From: an uncultured Lachnospiraceae bacterium
Lineage (GTDB): Bacteria; Bacillota; Clostridia; Lachnospirales; Lachnospiraceae
Reading direction: 5' to 3'
Length of the DNA stretch: 64,000 nt
NCBI GenBank assembly: GCA_910579505.1
Contig: CAJTTZ010000011.1
Coordinates: 5,482 to 69,481 of the forward strand
Shown piece by piece: positions 7,769-18,129 of this stretch; position 1 is the first letter of the stretch; every line of letters begins with the position of its first letter. The position numbers were made by a program, and so were the translations under genes. The notes below the pieces were generated by a model that worked only from the letters and a program-made list of their open reading frames with translations, ran no database searches and had not been told where the DNA came from.

Positions 7769-10700
7769 ATGGCGTTTGCGCACTTGCATGTCCACACGGA
7801 GTTTAGTCTTCTGGACGGTTCCAACAAAATAAAAGAGTATGTGAGATACGTGAAAGAGCTGGGGATGGACAGTGCGGCGATCACGGACCACGGCGTCATG
7901 TACGGTGTCGTTGATTTCTATAAGGCGGCGAAGGAGGCGGGGATCAATCCCGTGATCGGCTGCGAGGTCTATGTGGCGCCCCACTCCCGTTTTGACAGGG
8001 AGCTGACCGGCGGCGAGGACCGCTATTATCATCTGGTGCTTCTGGCGGAGAACAACACGGGCTATGCGAATCTGGTGAAGATTGTAAGCCGCGGCTTTAC
8101 GGAAGGGTATTACTACAGGCCCCGTGTGGATATGGAAGTATTGGAACAGTACCACGAGGGCATTATCGCGCTTTCGGCGTGTCTGGCGGGGGAGGTGCCC
8201 CGCTATATCCAGAAGGGGCTCGTGGATGAGGCCAGGAAAGTGGCACTAAAATATCAGGATATTTTCGGGAAGGACAATTACTTTCTGGAATTGCAGGATC
8301 ACGGGATTCCGGCGCAGCAGTCGGTCAATTCCGTGCTTCTTCGCATGAGCAGGGAGCTTGACATCCCGCTTGTGGCAACCAACGACGTGCACTACACTTA
8401 CGCACAGGACGCCCAGCCCCATGACGTGCTTCTCTGCCTGCAGACGGGAAAAAAGGTGGCGGACGAGGATCGGATGCGCTATGAGGGCGGGCAGTACTAC
8501 GTAAAGAGCGAGGAGGAGATGAAGGGACTTTTCCCTTACGCGTGGGAAGCCGTGGAGAACACCCAGCGGATCGCAGACCGCTGCCATGTGGAGATTGAGT
8601 TTGGCAATTACAAGGTACCTCATTATGATGCGCCGGAGGGTTACGATTCATGGAGTTACCTGAACAAGCTCTGTCAGGACGGGATGAAGGAGAGATACCC
8701 GGAAGATGACGGTACCTTGCAGGAGCGTCTGCACTATGAGCTTGACACGATCAGGAATATGGGGTTTGTCGACTATTTCCTGATTGTGTGGGACTATATC
8801 AATTTCTGTCGGGAGAATGGGATCGCCGTAGGACCGGGCAGAGGTTCGGCGGCGGGAAGCATCGTCTCCTACTGTCTGAGGATTACCAATATTGATCCGA
8901 TCAAATACAGCCTGCTCTTCGAGCGGTTCCTAAACCCTGAGCGCGTCTCCATGCCGGATATTGATGTGGATTTCTGCTTTGAGAGAAGACAGGAAGTGAT
9001 TGACTATGTGGGTCGAAAATACGGCGGCGACAGGGTCGTGCAGATCGTCACCTTCGGTACCATGGCGGCCAAGGGCGTGATACGGGATGTGGGGAGGGTG
9101 ATGGATCTGCCTTACGCCTATGTTGACCGTTTGGCGAAGATGATTCCCCTTGAGCAGAATCAGGGCGTGTCCATAGACCGCGCCCTGGAGATGAACCCGG
9201 AGTTTAAAAGCCTCTATGAGGAGGATGAGCAGGTTCACAGTCTGATTGATATGTGCAGAAGACTGGAGGGGCTGCCGAGACATACTTCCATGCACGCGGC
9301 GGGCGTGGTGATCTGCCCGGAGGCGGCGGATGAGTTTGTGCCCCTTTCCAGAGGAGCCGACGGTTCCATCACCACGCAGTTTCCGATGACTACCATCGAG
9401 GAGCTGGGACTCCTCAAAATGGATTTTCTGGGACTTCGGACACTGACGGTGATTCAGAACGCAGTGCGGCTTGTGGAGCAGAGCAAGGGCATTGTGATAG
9501 ATATAGACAATATCGACTACGACGACAAGGCGGTGCTTGCCTCCCTCGGAACGGGGCGGACGGACGGCGTGTTCCAGTTAGAAAGCGGCGGGATGAAAAG
9601 CTTCATGAAGGAGCTAAAGCCCCAGAGCCTGGAGGATGTGATCGCGGGTATTTCGCTGTACCGTCCGGGACCGATGGACTTTATTCCCAAATACATCAAG
9701 GGAAAAAACCACCCGGAGACGGTGACTTACGACTGCCCCCAGCTTGAGCCGATCCTGGCGCCCACCTACGGCTGTATCGTGTATCAGGAGCAGGTGATGC
9801 AGATCGTGCGGGAGCTCGGCGGTTACACCATGGGCAGGAGCGACCTTGTGCGCCGGGCCATGAGCAAGAAAAAGCAAAAGGTGATGGAGCAGGAGCGGAA
9901 AAATTTCACCTACGGGAATCCCGAGGAGGGGGTGCCCGGCTGTGTGGCGAACGGCATCGACGCGAAGGTGGCGGATCACATTTACGATACCATGATGGAT
10001 TTTGCCAAGTATGCCTTCAACAAGTCCCATGCGGCCTGCTATGCGGTGGTGGCATACCAGACGGCTTATATGAAGTATTATTATCCCGTGGAGTTTATGG
10101 CGGCGCTGATGACTTCTGTGATCGACAACCCGAGCAAAGTGGCGGAGTATATTATGACAAGCAGGAGCATGGGTATACAGATCCTGCCGCCGGATATCAA
10201 CGTGGGCGAGAACGGCTTTTCGGTGTCGGGCGGACAGATCCGTTATGCGCTTTCCGCCATCAAGAGCGTAGGGCGTCCCGTGATCGACGCGGTGGTCGCG
10301 GAGCGTGAGGCGAGAGGTCCTTATCTGAATCTGGGGGATTTTGTGACGCGGGTGACAGACCGCGACATGAATAAGCGCGTCATTGAACACTTCATAAAGG
10401 CGGGCGCCATGGACAGCCTGGGCGGTACGAGAAAGCAGCTTTTAAGCGTGTATCTGCAGGTGGTTGACGGCATTCAGCAGAACCGCAAGAATAACCTGGC
10501 GGGGCAGATTTCTCTCTTTGATATTGCCGGGGAGGAGGAGAAGGTGGATTACCGCGTAAGCCTTCCCGATGTAGGGGAATACTCGAAGGAGATGAAGCTG
10601 GCCTTTGAGAAGGAAGTGCTTGGTATCTACATCAGCGGGCACCCGCTGGAGGAATACCGGGAGACGTGGAAGAAGAATATTACAAACACAACGGCGGACT

Positions 10701-11224
10701 TTATGCTGGATGAGGAAACCGGGGAGACGAGGGTCGCGGACGGGGCGAAGGTGACCATCGGCGGCATGATTACGGAGAAAAAGATCAAGTATACCAAGAA
10801 TGAGAAAGTGATGGCGTTTTTGCAGGTGGAGGATCTCGTCGGTTCCGTGGAGGTCATTGTTTTTCCGAGGGATTACGAGCGGTATGGCAGTGCGGTGATG
10901 GAGGATAGCAAGGTATTTATCAGGGGCAGGGCGTCTGTGGAGGAGGATAAGGATGCGAAGTTAGTCTGTGAACAGATTACAACCTTTGAGCAGATGCCGA
11001 AAAAGCTCTGGATTAAATTCCCCACGAAAGAGGCGTACGAGGAGCACAAGGGTGCGCTCTTTGACATTTTGCGGGAGGCGGAAGGAAAGGATCATGTGGT
11101 GATCTACGTGGAGAATCCAAAAGCCATGAATCCGCTGCCGGCCAATTGGAACGTGTCGGCGCAGGCGCCGCTGATTGAGAAACTGGAGGCGGTGTTTGGG
11201 GAGGGGAATGTAAAGGTAGTGTAA
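7769..11224 (+). CDS. dnaE: DNA polymerase III alpha subunit (DnaE type)
   Basis: 1151 aa with a PHP domain start (FAHLHVHTEFSLLDGS), the palm/fingers motif PDIDVDF, and a C-terminal OB fold. Confidence 0.95.
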   Translation: MAFAHLHVHTEFSLLDGSNKIKEYVRYVKELGMDSAAITDHGVMYGVVDFYKAAKEAGINPVIGCEVYVAPHSRFDRELTGGEDRYYHLVLLAENNTGYANLVKIVSRGFTEGYYYRPRVDMEVLEQYHEGIIALSACLAGEVPRYIQKGLVDEARKVALKYQDIFGKDNYFLELQDHGIPAQQSVNSVLLRMSRELDIPLVATNDVHYTYAQDAQPHDVLLCLQTGKKVADEDRMRYEGGQYYVKSEEEMKGLFPYAWEAVENTQRIADRCHVEIEFGNYKVPHYDAPEGYDSWSYLNKLCQDGMKERYPEDDGTLQERLHYELDTIRNMGFVDYFLIVWDYINFCRENGIAVGPGRGSAAGSIVSYCLRITNIDPIKYSLLFERFLNPERVSMPDIDVDFCFERRQEVIDYVGRKYGGDRVVQIVTFGTMAAKGVIRDVGRVMDLPYAYVDRLAKMIPLEQNQGVSIDRALEMNPEFKSLYEEDEQVHSLIDMCRRLEGLPRHTSMHAAGVVICPEAADEFVPLSRGADGSITTQFPMTTIEELGLLKMDFLGLRTLTVIQNAVRLVEQSKGIVIDIDNIDYDDKAVLASLGTGRTDGVFQLESGGMKSFMKELKPQSLEDVIAGISLYRPGPMDFIPKYIKGKNHPETVTYDCPQLEPILAPTYGCIVYQEQVMQIVRELGGYTMGRSDLVRRAMSKKKQKVMEQERKNFTYGNPEEGVPGCVANGIDAKVADHIYDTMMDFAKYAFNKSHAACYAVVAYQTAYMKYYYPVEFMAALMTSVIDNPSKVAEYIMTSRSMGIQILPPDINVGENGFSVSGGQIRYALSAIKSVGRPVIDAVVAEREARGPYLNLGDFVTRVTDRDMNKRVIEHFIKAGAMDSLGGTRKQLLSVYLQVVDGIQQNRKNNLAGQISLFDIAGEEEKVDYRVSLPDVGEYSKEMKLAFEKEVLGIYISGHPLEEYRETWKKNITNTTADFMLDEETGETRVADGAKVTIGGMITEKKIKYTKNEKVMAFLQVEDLVGSVEVIVFPRDYERYGSAVMEDSKVFIRGRASVEEDKDAKLVCEQITTFEQMPKKLWIKFPTKEAYEEHKGALFDILREAEGKDHVVIYVENPKAMNPLPANWNVSAQAPLIEKLEAVFGEGNVKVV

Positions 11225-11269
11225 ATTGTAAAAACAATTTCGGGGAAATGCATCTTTTTTCATATTACT

Positions 11270-11298
11270 TTGATTTTCGACGGGAATAGGCGTATAAT
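11270..11298 (+). promoter_or_regulatory. sigma-70 type promoter for the MCP gene
   Basis: TTGATT (11270-11275), a 17-nt spacer, then TATAAT (11293-11298). Confidence 0.55.
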
Positions 11299-11344
11299 TT
11301 AAACTAATAACTGATGAAAGCAAGGGTGTGAAAGGAGAGGCTTT

Positions 11345-13165
11345 ATGGAAGAGAAGGGAACAAAAAAGGATTACGGACGGAAAGGGTTTCGAAGCCTGAC
11401 GTTGATGCTGGTTTTAACCATCTGCTTCATGGTTTTTGTCCCGGTTGTTGCGCTGGTCTGTCTGGGAATGTATCAGATCAGCCAGTCATCGGAGGAATCG
11501 GTAGGGCTGTATGAAACTTCTATGACGGAAGGTTATCAGACGGAGATTAAATCCCAGGTACAGGGGGCGATTGCGGTCATCCAGAACTATTACGACCTGA
11601 GCCAGAGCGGGGAGCTTTCGGAGGAGGAGGCGCAGACGCGGGCGAGAGATGCAGTCCGTGCCATGCGCTACCGGGATGATTCTTCCGGCTATTTATGGAT
11701 AGACGGCGTGGATTACACGCTGGTTGTACATCCGATCCTGACAGAGCAGGAAGGAAATAACAGGTACGACATGACAGACCAGAACGGTGTTAAGGTGACG
11801 CAGAATATCGTGTCAACCGCGCAGGCGGGCGGCGGTTACAACGAATTTTACTTCACGAAGGCGGACGGCGTCACGGTAGCGCCGAAGCTTGCGTACTCCC
11901 AGCTGTTTAAGCCCTGGGGCTGGGCGGTGGCCACCGGAAATTATGTGGATGATATGAATGCGCAGATTGACAGTGTGAAAGTGGGCATTAACAGTAAATT
12001 TTCAAGTATGCTGACGATGTACGCTGTTACGGCGGTCATTATGCTGATTGTGGCACTGGTCATTTCCGCCCTGACCGGGGTGCGTATTACCAAAGACATT
12101 AAAGTGCTGAACGCCAATTTAAGCCAGATTGCGGAGGGCGATCTGAGGCTGAGCATCAGTGACAGGCTGCTGCAGCGGGCGGACGAGATCGGCGCGATGG
12201 CGCGGTCGCTTGAAAATGTCCACAGGGCGCTTGCGGATATGCTGGGAAATGTGATTCACACCGGCCAAAGCCTGAATGAGAGCAGCGAAAAATTCAATGA
12301 AAAGTTTGAAAATATTTCAGACAGCATCCGGGATACCAATCAGGCTATTGACGACCTGGCACAGGGGGCAACCAACCAGGCGAACGACACGGAGACGGTA
12401 AACGGAAAGATTGTGGAGCTTGACAGAGTTATAGAAACGGAGAAAAACGATATTTATAAACTGGAAGAGACGGTTTCTTCCATGACCAGACATTCAAAGG
12501 GCGCGTCAGAGAGTATCATCGAACTGGAACAGATCACAAGGACGACCATTGACACAATCAACATCGTATCTGAACAGACTAATCGAAATAACGACTCCGC
12601 GGTACATATCAACAAAGCGATAGAAATTATCAAGGGACTTGCAAATCAGACGAATCTGCTTTCCCTCAATGCCAGCATAGAGGCTGCCAGGGCCGGAGAG
12701 TCCGGGAGGGGATTTGCCGTGGTGGCAGAAGAGATCAGAAACCTTTCCGAGGAGTCCTCCAACAATGCGCTGGAGATTGAACGGATTGTAAAAGACCTGG
12801 TTGGCAACATTGTCAGCTCGGTCAGCAAGATGGATGAAGTGATGAACAATGTGCAGAAGCAGCAGGTATGTCTGCAGGATACAAGGGAGGCGTTCGGCCG
12901 TCTGACGGAAGAAGTTTCCCTCGTGGGGGATGTCAGCAGTGAGATCAATGAGCAGACGCAGATTTTGGATAAGCTGAAAGAGATCGTGACTGATTCGGTC
13001 AACAGTCTTGCGAGCGTGGTGGAGGAAAATGCGGCATCCACCGAGGAGACAAGCGCGGGTATGACGCTTTTGTCCGATACGATTGCGGAATGCACGGAGG
13101 ATACGTTCCATCTGGTTGAACTGAGCCGTCTGCTGAATGAGCAGGCAAGCAAATTCCAACTGTAA
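11345..13165 (+). CDS. methyl-accepting chemotaxis protein with extracellular Cache-like sensor
   Basis: 606 aa with 2 TM segments, a Cache-like region (GYLWIDGVDYTLVVHP), HAMP, and the MCP signalling core ([31 protein letters not shown]). Confidence 0.9.
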   Translation: MEEKGTKKDYGRKGFRSLTLMLVLTICFMVFVPVVALVCLGMYQISQSSEESVGLYETSMTEGYQTEIKSQVQGAIAVIQNYYDLSQSGELSEEEAQTRARDAVRAMRYRDDSSGYLWIDGVDYTLVVHPILTEQEGNNRYDMTDQNGVKVTQNIVSTAQAGGGYNEFYFTKADGVTVAPKLAYSQLFKPWGWAVATGNYVDDMNAQIDSVKVGINSKFSSMLTMYAVTAVIMLIVALVISALTGVRITKDIKVLNANLSQIAEGDLRLSISDRLLQRADEIGAMARSLENVHRALADMLGNVIHTGQSLNESSEKFNEKFENISDSIRDTNQAIDDLAQGATNQANDTETVNGKIVELDRVIETEKNDIYKLEETVSSMTRHSKGASESIIELEQITRTTIDTINIVSEQTNRNNDSAVHINKAIEIIKGLANQTNLLSLNASIEAARAGESGRGFAVVAEEIRNLSEESSNNALEIERIVKDLVGNIVSSVSKMDEVMNNVQKQQVCLQDTREAFGRLTEEVSLVGDVSSEINEQTQILDKLKEIVTDSVNSLASVVEENAASTEETSAGMTLLSDTIAECTEDTFHLVELSRLLNEQASKFQL

Positions 13166-13256
13166 GGCGGATAAAAAACGTTGAAAATCCTTTGCTGATA
13201 ATGTAAAATACTATTAGTATTTTTTTCATAAAAACAGGAAAGGCATGGGTATCGGT

Positions 13257-14225
13257 ATGGCGAAGCAGATTAAGACGATCGGCGTGCTGACCAGCGGGGG
13301 AGACGCGCCGGGTATGAATGCGGCGATCCGCGCGGTGGTCAGAAAGGGAATCGCTAACGGGGTCAAAGTGAAGGGGATTAAGAAGGGATATCAGGGCCTC
13401 CTGAACGAAGAGATTATTGATATGGAGAAGTGGACGGTTTCCGACACGATCCAGCGCGGAGGTACGATTCTTGGTACGGCGCGCTGCCATGAGTTCCGCA
13501 CGGAAGAGGGGCAGCAGAAAGGCGCGGAGATATGTCATAAGCACGGAATCGACGGCTTGGTGGTGATTGGCGGGGACGGTTCCTACCGCGGCGCGCAGGC
13601 GCTTTCAAGACACGGCATAAACACCATCGGCCTTCCGGGAACGATTGATCTGGATATTGCCTGTACGGAGTATACCATCGGATTCGATACGGCGATCAAT
13701 ACGGCGATGCAGGCCATTGATAAGGTGAGGGACACTTCCTCTTCCCATGAACGCTGCAGCATTATAGAGGTTATGGGCAGGAACGCGGGTTATATCGCTC
13801 TTTGGTGCGGCATCTCCAACGGTGCGGAGGACATTCTCCTTCCGGAGAAATATGATTATAACGAGCAGCAGATCATAAACAATATCATTGCAAACAGGAA
13901 AAAGGGAAAGACCCATCATCTGATTATCAATGCGGAGGGCATCGGGCACTCCACTTCCATGGCGAGACGTATCGAAGCGGCTACAGGCATTGAGACGAGG
14001 GCAACGATTCTGGGTTACATGCAGCGGGGCGGATCGCCTACCTGTAAGGACCGCTATTATGCCTCCATCATGGGCTGTTATGCGGCGGATATTCTCTGCG
14101 AGGGCAAGACAAACCGGGTAGTCGGTTACCAGCACGGTGAGTTTTTGGACTTCGATATTGAGGCGGCGCTGAGCATGGAGAAGGGGATCCCGGACTATCC
14201 CTACGAGATGTCAAAAATTTTATAA
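13257..14225 (+). CDS. pfkA: ATP-dependent 6-phosphofructokinase
   Basis: It carries IGVLTSGGDAPGMNAAIRAVV and GGDGSYRGA. The ORF track starts at 13245; I prefer ATG 13257 (MAKQIKTIGVL) by analogy with PfkA N-termini, but the start is uncertain. Confidence 0.9.
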   Translation: MAKQIKTIGVLTSGGDAPGMNAAIRAVVRKGIANGVKVKGIKKGYQGLLNEEIIDMEKWTVSDTIQRGGTILGTARCHEFRTEEGQQKGAEICHKHGIDGLVVIGGDGSYRGAQALSRHGINTIGLPGTIDLDIACTEYTIGFDTAINTAMQAIDKVRDTSSSHERCSIIEVMGRNAGYIALWCGISNGAEDILLPEKYDYNEQQIINNIIANRKKGKTHHLIINAEGIGHSTSMARRIEAATGIETRATILGYMQRGGSPTCKDRYYASIMGCYAADILCEGKTNRVVGYQHGEFLDFDIEAALSMEKGIPDYPYEMSKIL

Positions 14226-14266
14226 TAGCAGAGGCGCCGGTTGGCGGCGCGGAAGCGCAGGAATTG

Positions 14267-14307
14267 ATAAGCAGATTTGAGATATGCCATATCTCGGATC
14301 TGCTTAT
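14267..14307. repeat. nested hairpin downstream of pfkA
   Basis: The outer stem ataagcagat (14267-14276) pairs with atctgcttat (14298-14307), and the inner stem is gagatatg/atatctc. It shares the ataagcaga motif with 19127-19139. Confidence 0.7.
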
Positions 14308-14353
14308 ATTAGAGTGAAAAAAGAGACGTGGAGGTTGGTGAGGAACGCGGCAT

Positions 14354-15145
14354 ATGATAACAAGTTTACATAACAAATCCATCAAAGAAGTCACAGCACT
14401 GCTTGGAAAGAAAAAGGAACGGGACAAACGGTCGCTCTTTGTGGCGGAGGGCGGGAAAATGTTCTGCGAGGCGCCGGCGGAACAGATCAGCCGGGTGTAT
14501 ATCGCGCAGGGCGCCGAGAAGGAAATGTATGCGCGTTACGGGGACAAATTAGCTGCGCTTTCCTGCGAGATTGTGGCGGACGATGTGTTTGCCAAAATGT
14601 CGGATACGGTGACGCCGCAGGGCATTCTCTGCCTTGTGCGGCAGCAGCGCTATAATATAGAAGAAATCCTCCGGGGCTGCAGTAAAGAACGTGCGTTATT
14701 TATATTGCTGGAAGATATACAGGACCCGGGAAATCTGGGAACTATCTTTCGGACGGCGGAGGCGGCAGGTGCAAACGGGGTGATTATGAGCAGCCGGACG
14801 GCGGACGTCTACAATCCGAAGACCATCCGTTCCACAATGGGAGCGGTCTACCGGGTGCCTTTTCTCTATACTGAGGATCTTTCTTCTGCAATAAGGATGC
14901 TGCAGGAAAATGGGACGTTCGTTTACGCGGCGCATCTTGGCGCGAAGGACTTTTATGACGCATATGACTACCAAAAGTGCACGGCGTTTCTGGTTGGGAA
15001 CGAGGCGAACGGCCTGCGGGACGAAACGGCGGGTTGTGCGGATGCGCTCATCGGGATTCCCATGGAGGGAAAGGTGGAGTCCCTGAACGCCGCTGTGGCT
15101 TCATCCATTCTGCTCTACGAAGCATATCGGCAGAGAAGATGTTAA
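14354..15145 (+). CDS. TrmH/SpoU-family RNA 2'-O-methyltransferase
   Basis: 263 aa with the SpoU motifs LEDIQDPGNLGTIFRTAEA, LVGNEANGL and IPMEGKVESLNAAVA. Confidence 0.85.
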   Translation: MITSLHNKSIKEVTALLGKKKERDKRSLFVAEGGKMFCEAPAEQISRVYIAQGAEKEMYARYGDKLAALSCEIVADDVFAKMSDTVTPQGILCLVRQQRYNIEEILRGCSKERALFILLEDIQDPGNLGTIFRTAEAAGANGVIMSSRTADVYNPKTIRSTMGAVYRVPFLYTEDLSSAIRMLQENGTFVYAAHLGAKDFYDAYDYQKCTAFLVGNEANGLRDETAGCADALIGIPMEGKVESLNAAVASSILLYEAYRQRRC

Positions 15146-15333
15146 AACAGGATTTAATGTACGTATAACGACTGTTTTTTTGAATGCGGGAATAAAAAGG
15201 AAAAAACATGGAAAACGTCGGAAAACAAAGGAAAGTATCACGCGTTATCTTATGGATGCACATGAATTGGGAGCGAAAGAGGCTGGAAATATACGGATAA
15301 GTAAACGGAACGATCCAAGAGGGAGGGGAAAAG

Positions 15334-16128
15334 ATGAAAATAGGATTTATCGGGCTTGGCAATATGGCGTGCGCCATGATCGGCGGTATGCTGGAACAGG
15401 GCATTGTACCCGCCGGGGAGATCTGCGGCAGCGCAAAGACGCAGAAGACACGCGACGCGGTGCGGGAGCGGTTTGGCATCGACGTGAAGGCGTCTAACGC
15501 GGCGGTGGCGGAGGAGGCGCAGACATTGATTCTGGCGGTAAAGCCGCAGTTTCTGGCCGGCGTGATTTCTGAGATCAGGGATGCCCTGCAGCCGGACACA
15601 CTGGTTATCAGCATTGCGGCAGGCAAGACGCTTGCGTGGCTGGAACAGGCTTTTGGAAGGCGGACGAAGACGGTGCGCTGTATGCCGAATACTCCCGCGC
15701 TTGTGGGGGAAGGATGTACAGGGGTCTGTGTGAACGGCGCAGTGTCGGAGGAGGAGGTGCAGTACAGCCTCCGACTGATGGAGAGTTTCGGGAAGGCAAG
15801 TCTGGTGGAGGAGCGTCTGATGGACGCCGTTGGGGCAGTGAGCGGTTCCTCCCCGGCCTATGTGTTCCTCTTCATAGAAGCGATGGCTGACGCGGGTGTG
15901 GCGGCAGGGATGCCCCGGGCGCAGGCCTATGAGTTTGCCGCCCAGGCGGTATATGGCAGCGCGAAGCTTATGCTGGAGACGGGGAAGCATCCCGGTGAAT
16001 TAAAGGATATGGTGTGTTCCCCGGGAGGCACCACGATAGAGGGCGTGCGGGTACTGGAGGAGGCAGGACTGCGCGGGGCAGTGATGGACGCGCTGCTTGC
16101 GACGGTGGAAAAATCCCAAAAATTGTGA
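15334..16128 (+). CDS. proC: pyrroline-5-carboxylate reductase
   Basis: 264 aa with the Rossmann start MKIGFIGLGNMACAMI and the PNTPALVGEG motif. Confidence 0.9.
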   Translation: MKIGFIGLGNMACAMIGGMLEQGIVPAGEICGSAKTQKTRDAVRERFGIDVKASNAAVAEEAQTLILAVKPQFLAGVISEIRDALQPDTLVISIAAGKTLAWLEQAFGRRTKTVRCMPNTPALVGEGCTGVCVNGAVSEEEVQYSLRLMESFGKASLVEERLMDAVGAVSGSSPAYVFLFIEAMADAGVAAGMPRAQAYEFAAQAVYGSAKLMLETGKHPGELKDMVCSPGGTTIEGVRVLEEAGLRGAVMDALLATVEKSQKL

Positions 16129-16295
16129 TCCCGGCTTGCACTGAACTGTATCTGCATGGCAAATCATGCCTGCAGGAATTTGACGCGAGGTAGAAGCGCA
16201 GGCTGAGCCCGGCCGGAATTTCGTCGGAACATCTTGTGTTTTGTAAAAAAATAGTAACAAAATATAGAGATAAAACAGGGCCAAATTGTATAAAC

Positions 16296-16324
16296 TTGAC
16301 AAAGAATAGGTGTTTTGCTAAAAT
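16296..16324 (+). promoter_or_regulatory. sigma-70 type promoter
   Basis: TTGACA (16296-16301), a 17-nt spacer, then TAAAAT (16319-16324). Confidence 0.5.
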
Positions 16325-16425
16325 TATCCATACTTAACCAAACTGTAACAATTTTGTAACAATCTTTATCTTTTGGTTTATGGGAAATGGGGATTTCTTG
16401 TATGGATGAAGATGGAGGGATGTTT

Positions 16426-17487
16426 ATGCGGAAAAAGTATAGACTTCTGCTCGTCAGTTTGATTCTTGGTATAAGTTTATGCTGTCTGCCGCTGGATGTA
16501 CAGGCTACCAACAGGAACGACTGTCTGGATTCGATGAATGTAGGCGTATCCCAGATCGTGGATCCTACCGGGAGGGCGGCAAATGAGGAAGCGGTTCGAG
16601 AACTGACGGAGGTATCGGAAGCAAACGGCGCGGAGAGGGAAACAGATCTGGTTATGGCTAACGTGCAGGTGGCTATGAATGTGCGTGCAGAGGCTGACGG
16701 GGAGTCTGAAAAGGTAGGATTGCTTTATAAGGACTGCGGCGGAAGGATACTGGAGAGAAAAGACGGTTGGACAAGACTGCGCAGCGGGGACCTTGTCGGC
16801 TGGGCAAGCGACGACTATCTGCTTTTTGGCGACGACGCAGAGCTGCTGGCAAATGAGGTGGGGAATCTCATTGTACAGATCGAGACGGATACGCTCTGTG
16901 TGAGGAAAGACCCCGAGGCGGAAGCGGAGGCGGTAGGATTTATCCCCAGGGACGAAGAACTGGAAATCATTGAGGTGCTCGATGACGACTGGATCAGCGT
17001 GGACTATGAGGGAGAAACCGGCTTTGTCTCGGCGGAGTACGTGGATATTGATTTCCATATCGACGAGGGAGAGACGCTGGTAGCCATCCAGAAGAGGGAA
17101 GAGGAAGAGCGGAAAGCGAAACTCACGGCAAACAGAGGCGCTGTGGTGGTTGGCGGAGACGATACCAGACTTTTGGCGGCGCTGATTTACTGCGAGGCCG
17201 GTATCGAGACTTACAATGGGAAGCTGGCGGTAGGCGCAGTGGTTATGAACCGTGTCAGGAGCGCAGCTTATCCCAATACGATTTCGGGTGTTATTTTTGC
17301 GTCGGGACAGTTTACGCCCGCGCTCAACGGCAAGGTGGCAAGAGTGTACGGCGGCGATATTCCGGAAAGCTGCTGGGAGGCGGCAAGGGCCGCAATCAAC
17401 GGAGAGACGAACGTAGGCGACGCGACTCATTTCCGGCGTGCCGGCAATCACGAAGGCCTGCAGATCGACAGACAGGTGTTCTGGTGA
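16426..17487 (+). CDS. secreted cell-wall hydrolase (SleB/CwlJ-type Hydrolase_2 domain) with SH3-like repeats
   Basis: The signal peptide is MRKKYRLLLVSLILGISLCC. The C-terminal domain reads LLAALIYCEAG...AVGAVVMNRV...GVIFASGQFTP. The start is moved to ATG 16426, 7 nt after GGAGGG. Confidence 0.8.
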   Translation: MRKKYRLLLVSLILGISLCCLPLDVQATNRNDCLDSMNVGVSQIVDPTGRAANEEAVRELTEVSEANGAERETDLVMANVQVAMNVRAEADGESEKVGLLYKDCGGRILERKDGWTRLRSGDLVGWASDDYLLFGDDAELLANEVGNLIVQIETDTLCVRKDPEAEAEAVGFIPRDEELEIIEVLDDDWISVDYEGETGFVSAEYVDIDFHIDEGETLVAIQKREEEERKAKLTANRGAVVVGGDDTRLLAALIYCEAGIETYNGKLAVGAVVMNRVRSAAYPNTISGVIFASGQFTPALNGKVARVYGGDIPESCWEAARAAINGETNVGDATHFRRAGNHEGLQIDRQVFW

Positions 17488-17612
17488 TAACCCTTGTCAC
17501 ATTGGGAATAATATGAGATAATATAACGAGCAGACGTCCGATGAAATTCGACACGGAGCGCGTAAGCGCGGGTCTGCGAGTTACAATATTACACTGGCAT
17601 CTGGGAGGGAAC

Positions 17613-18074
17613 ATGATGGAGATACAGGCGTTAAACATGACGGTGGTCTGGCTGGTCATCCTTGTGGCGCTGGTTGTGATAGAACTTCTGACGATGGGAC
17701 TTACCACCGTCTGGTTTGCGGGCGGCGCGCTTGTGGCCACTCTGGCTTCTTTGCTGCATCTGCCGGTGATTATACAGATCATACTGTTTCTTGTGGTATC
17801 GGCGCTGCTTTTGTATTTTACAAGACCAATTGCGGTAAAATACTTTAACAAAGACCGGGTGCGCACGAACGCCGAAAGTCTTGTCGGGCGGCAGGCGATT
17901 GTCATCAGTGAAATTGATAATCTGCAGGGCATCGGTCAGGTGAATGTGGGCGGTATGGAATGGTCCGCGCGGACAAAGACGGACGAGGAAAAGCTGCCTG
18001 TGGGAGCCGTGGTGGTCGTGCTGGCCATAAACGGCGTGAAACTAATTGTAGAGGAAAAGAAAGAACTGCAGTAA
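17613..18074 (+). CDS. NfeD-family membrane protein
   Basis: It has hydrophobic N-terminal segments and a C-terminal OB-like domain (GRQAIVISEI...GQVNVGGMEWSAR). It sits upstream of an SPFH gene, the classic pairing. The start is chosen at the MMEIQ ATG after GGGAGGG. Confidence 0.75.
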   Translation: MMEIQALNMTVVWLVILVALVVIELLTMGLTTVWFAGGALVATLASLLHLPVIIQIILFLVVSALLLYFTRPIAVKYFNKDRVRTNAESLVGRQAIVISEIDNLQGIGQVNVGGMEWSARTKTDEEKLPVGAVVVVLAINGVKLIVEEKKELQ

Positions 18075-18129
18075 CTGTGGGGAATGAAACAGCTGCGAAC
18101 TGTGATGCTTTCGGAAACGGAGAAGAAAA

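Noticed and set aside
15146-15333. Possible T-box or other riboswitch leader upstream of proC (also checked upstream of argF, lysS and the pdxK-like gene)
   Set aside because: I could not find the conserved T-box sequence, a specifier/antiterminator arrangement, or TPP/lysine/PLP-like riboswitch cores by eye. The leaders are short. A covariance-model scan would be the proper test.
16477-17451. 324-aa minus-strand ORF
   Set aside because: It is antisense to the SleB-like hydrolase gene and has shadow-frame composition.
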